A stretch of 62,409 bases of DNA, the filler included, from Sphacelaria rigidula (Eukaryota), in NCBI GenBank assembly GCA_964200075.2. It is 5 parts of 5 records of this genome, joined end to end, with 100 filler letters (N's around TTAATTAATTAA, not from the genome) between each part and the next. Parts side by side here need not be neighbours in the genome. Positions count along the whole stretch, not along the records: positions 50,011 to 62,409 come from CAXNAA020003814.1; 4 more parts are not named here. One strand, written 5' to 3'. Positions 60,545 to 62,409 of this stretch are shown one piece after another; the stretch's first letter is position 1, and each line of letters starts with the position of its first letter. The notes beneath the pieces were generated by a model. The model was given only the letters and a program-made list of their open reading frames with translations. It was not told where the DNA came from and did not search any database. The position numbers and the translations under genes were made by a program.

Positions 60545-62409
60545 GGTTATGAGTCTCGCTTAAACGCGTACACCACGAGTTGCGGACATCACGGGGAGGT
60601 CAAGACAAGCCTTCTCGCTGCATATCAAAATTGGTCTGTGGACACGAGAAAAAGTTGGTCTCGAAGATCTTCGGAGATTGCGGCGCCGTCAGCGGTCAAC
60701 GGCAACAAAAGTGACCGCGCAAATTTGGTCATCTACACCAGGGTGCTGGGAATTCACCTTTGATATACACATATCACCACTACTGCGGTAGTACTGGGTG
60801 CATCGGCGGTACTCATGATCATGCGTGCCATAGTCGGCGGTGAGCCATCAGCAAGTTTGCGTCGCGTGGGAAAGCCTCGAGTTTCTTACACTTCGAGCAA
60901 GTTTTTCTGCGGCAGAAGGAAACACGACTACTGGTGTATCTACACAGCAGTGGAAAAGACGATCAACAACCGGAGTCCTCTACATCGTCAGCAGGAGCGG
61001 GATCGGGAAAATACGATCAACAACCGGAGTCCTCTATATCGTCAGCAGGAGCGGGATCGGGAAAAGACGATCAACAACCGGAGTCCTCTACATCGTTAGC
61101 AGGAGCGGGATCGGGAAGACGACCTACAACCGGAGTCCTCTATATCACCAGCAGGGGCGAGGTCGGGAAGCCTCGGGTACATACTTTACCGCGAGCAATC
61201 ACACTCCTGCGGCAGGAGTTAGATCTACACAGCAAAACAGGAGATAAAGATCGCAAAGTCTTCGCTGGAAGCGAACAATGAGTGAGGCTTTAAGAAATTT
61301 CGGAGGCGGCATAGCTGTCGGAGCCGATAGCTCCACCAACCTGGGCAACGTCATCAGAGGGCTCGAGAAGTTCGACGGAAAGAATCCGGCTGAATCCAAG
61401 AACTGGATGAAGAAGCTGTGCGTTGTCTTGGGAGTAACACGGAGGGATATTTTGCCACTCCTCAAGGACGAAAGGAAGCCAGATCCAAGTGACACCAAAG
61501 CTGTTGAGGCATACACAAGGTCGAACGAAGATCTCTACGCCATCCTGTTTCTACTCGTCGAACTACGGGCCGCCTTGTCGGTACACAAGCATGAAGATGA
61601 CAGCGGGATCAGCGGCGACGGACAGGCAGCCTTCAAAGAGCTCTGCAGCAACTACGACAGAGTGACCGATAATGTGATTCGAGCAAAGATGTCGGAGCTG
61701 GAGAACTCCCCTATGAACACTGGTGAGAACCCGGACGACTACTTCAACCAGAAACATCTTCTTCGCGCACAGATCGAGAAAATGAGGAAACCTATCTCCG
61801 ATCGTCGATTCAAGGACATCTGTGTGCAAGGCTTCTCCGACGAGTACAACGACGTCAAGGTGATGGTGTTTCGCGACCCCACGTTCGACGTGCTACAAAT
61901 GCAATCGACATTGCGCAACATTTTTATGGACGCGCAATCACGCAAAGGCTCGAATGGGCGAATTACCGGTCGAGGATTTGCAATGACTACTGCGGTGTCT
62001 GAAGTGGTGTGTCACGACTGCAACAAAACCGGGCACATCAGGAGGAACTGTCCGAGGTGCAAGCCCAAAGGGAAGAAGAAAACGAAACCCGCTGGAGCTA
62101 CAAAATGGTGCGCCATCCACAACACCACGACTCACTCGGACGAAGAATGCTACAAGCAAGGAGCAAAGCGACCCGAAGAGACGAAGGAAGCAAGCGAGGC
62201 ATTCTCGGCATGCTCGCACTGCGCTCACTGCGCATCATTTTCGACAAGCAAAGAAACTAGCAACGAGAAGGCAGCTATCGACTTCACCCGCGAAGAGGAC
62301 GACTTTGACGGCGGCTTCATGTTCTCTACGTTCTCTTCGAATAGAGGATGGAACTTCACAGCAAGCGCCACAAGAACGCCATTTCTGGTAGACTCGGGCG
62401 CATCAGAGA
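60545..62409 (+). mobile_element. Copia C3 unit C (PBS, leader, gag, start of protease; cut by window end)
   Basis: Collinear with 53489-55319. gag starts near 61278 with an early TAA and ends at LVDSGASE. Confidence 0.95.

Overview
This is eukaryotic nuclear DNA, most likely from a brown alga (Phaeophyceae, stramenopile). That assignment is inferred from spliceosomal introns, a signal peptide with an ASAF-like plastid motif, TTAGGG-like repeats and the style of the LTR elements. The window is not one locus. It joins five contigs of about 12.4 kb (1-12403, 12504-24906, 25007-37408, 37509-49910, 50011-62409) with artificial 100-bp spacers (N44-TTAATTAATTAA-N44). Contig 1 has two intron-containing host genes: an unknown membrane protein with a GC-AG intron, and a complete thylakoid-lumen FKBP. 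Their introns carry hAT-type non-autonomous elements with 8-bp TSDs and a foldback element, and a tRNA-derived SINE ends the contig. Contig 2 has two diverged, decayed Ty3/Gypsy elements whose integrases end in a chromodomain plus a second Tudor-like domain. Contig 3 has a Gypsy lacking RT/RNase H, a rearranged Copia with an intact extra ORF after pol, two MITEs carrying telomere-like repeats and a second SINE copy. Contig 4 is gene-poor, with isolated exons (SGNH/PC-esterase-like, WW domain) and a miRNA-like hairpin. Contig 5 has a deleted Copia, then a head-to-tail array of three Copia units sharing LTRs; the middle unit is interrupted by a Stowaway-like MITE. No CRISPR array, rRNA or bona fide tRNA gene was seen. 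All domain calls are by eye; no database searches were run.
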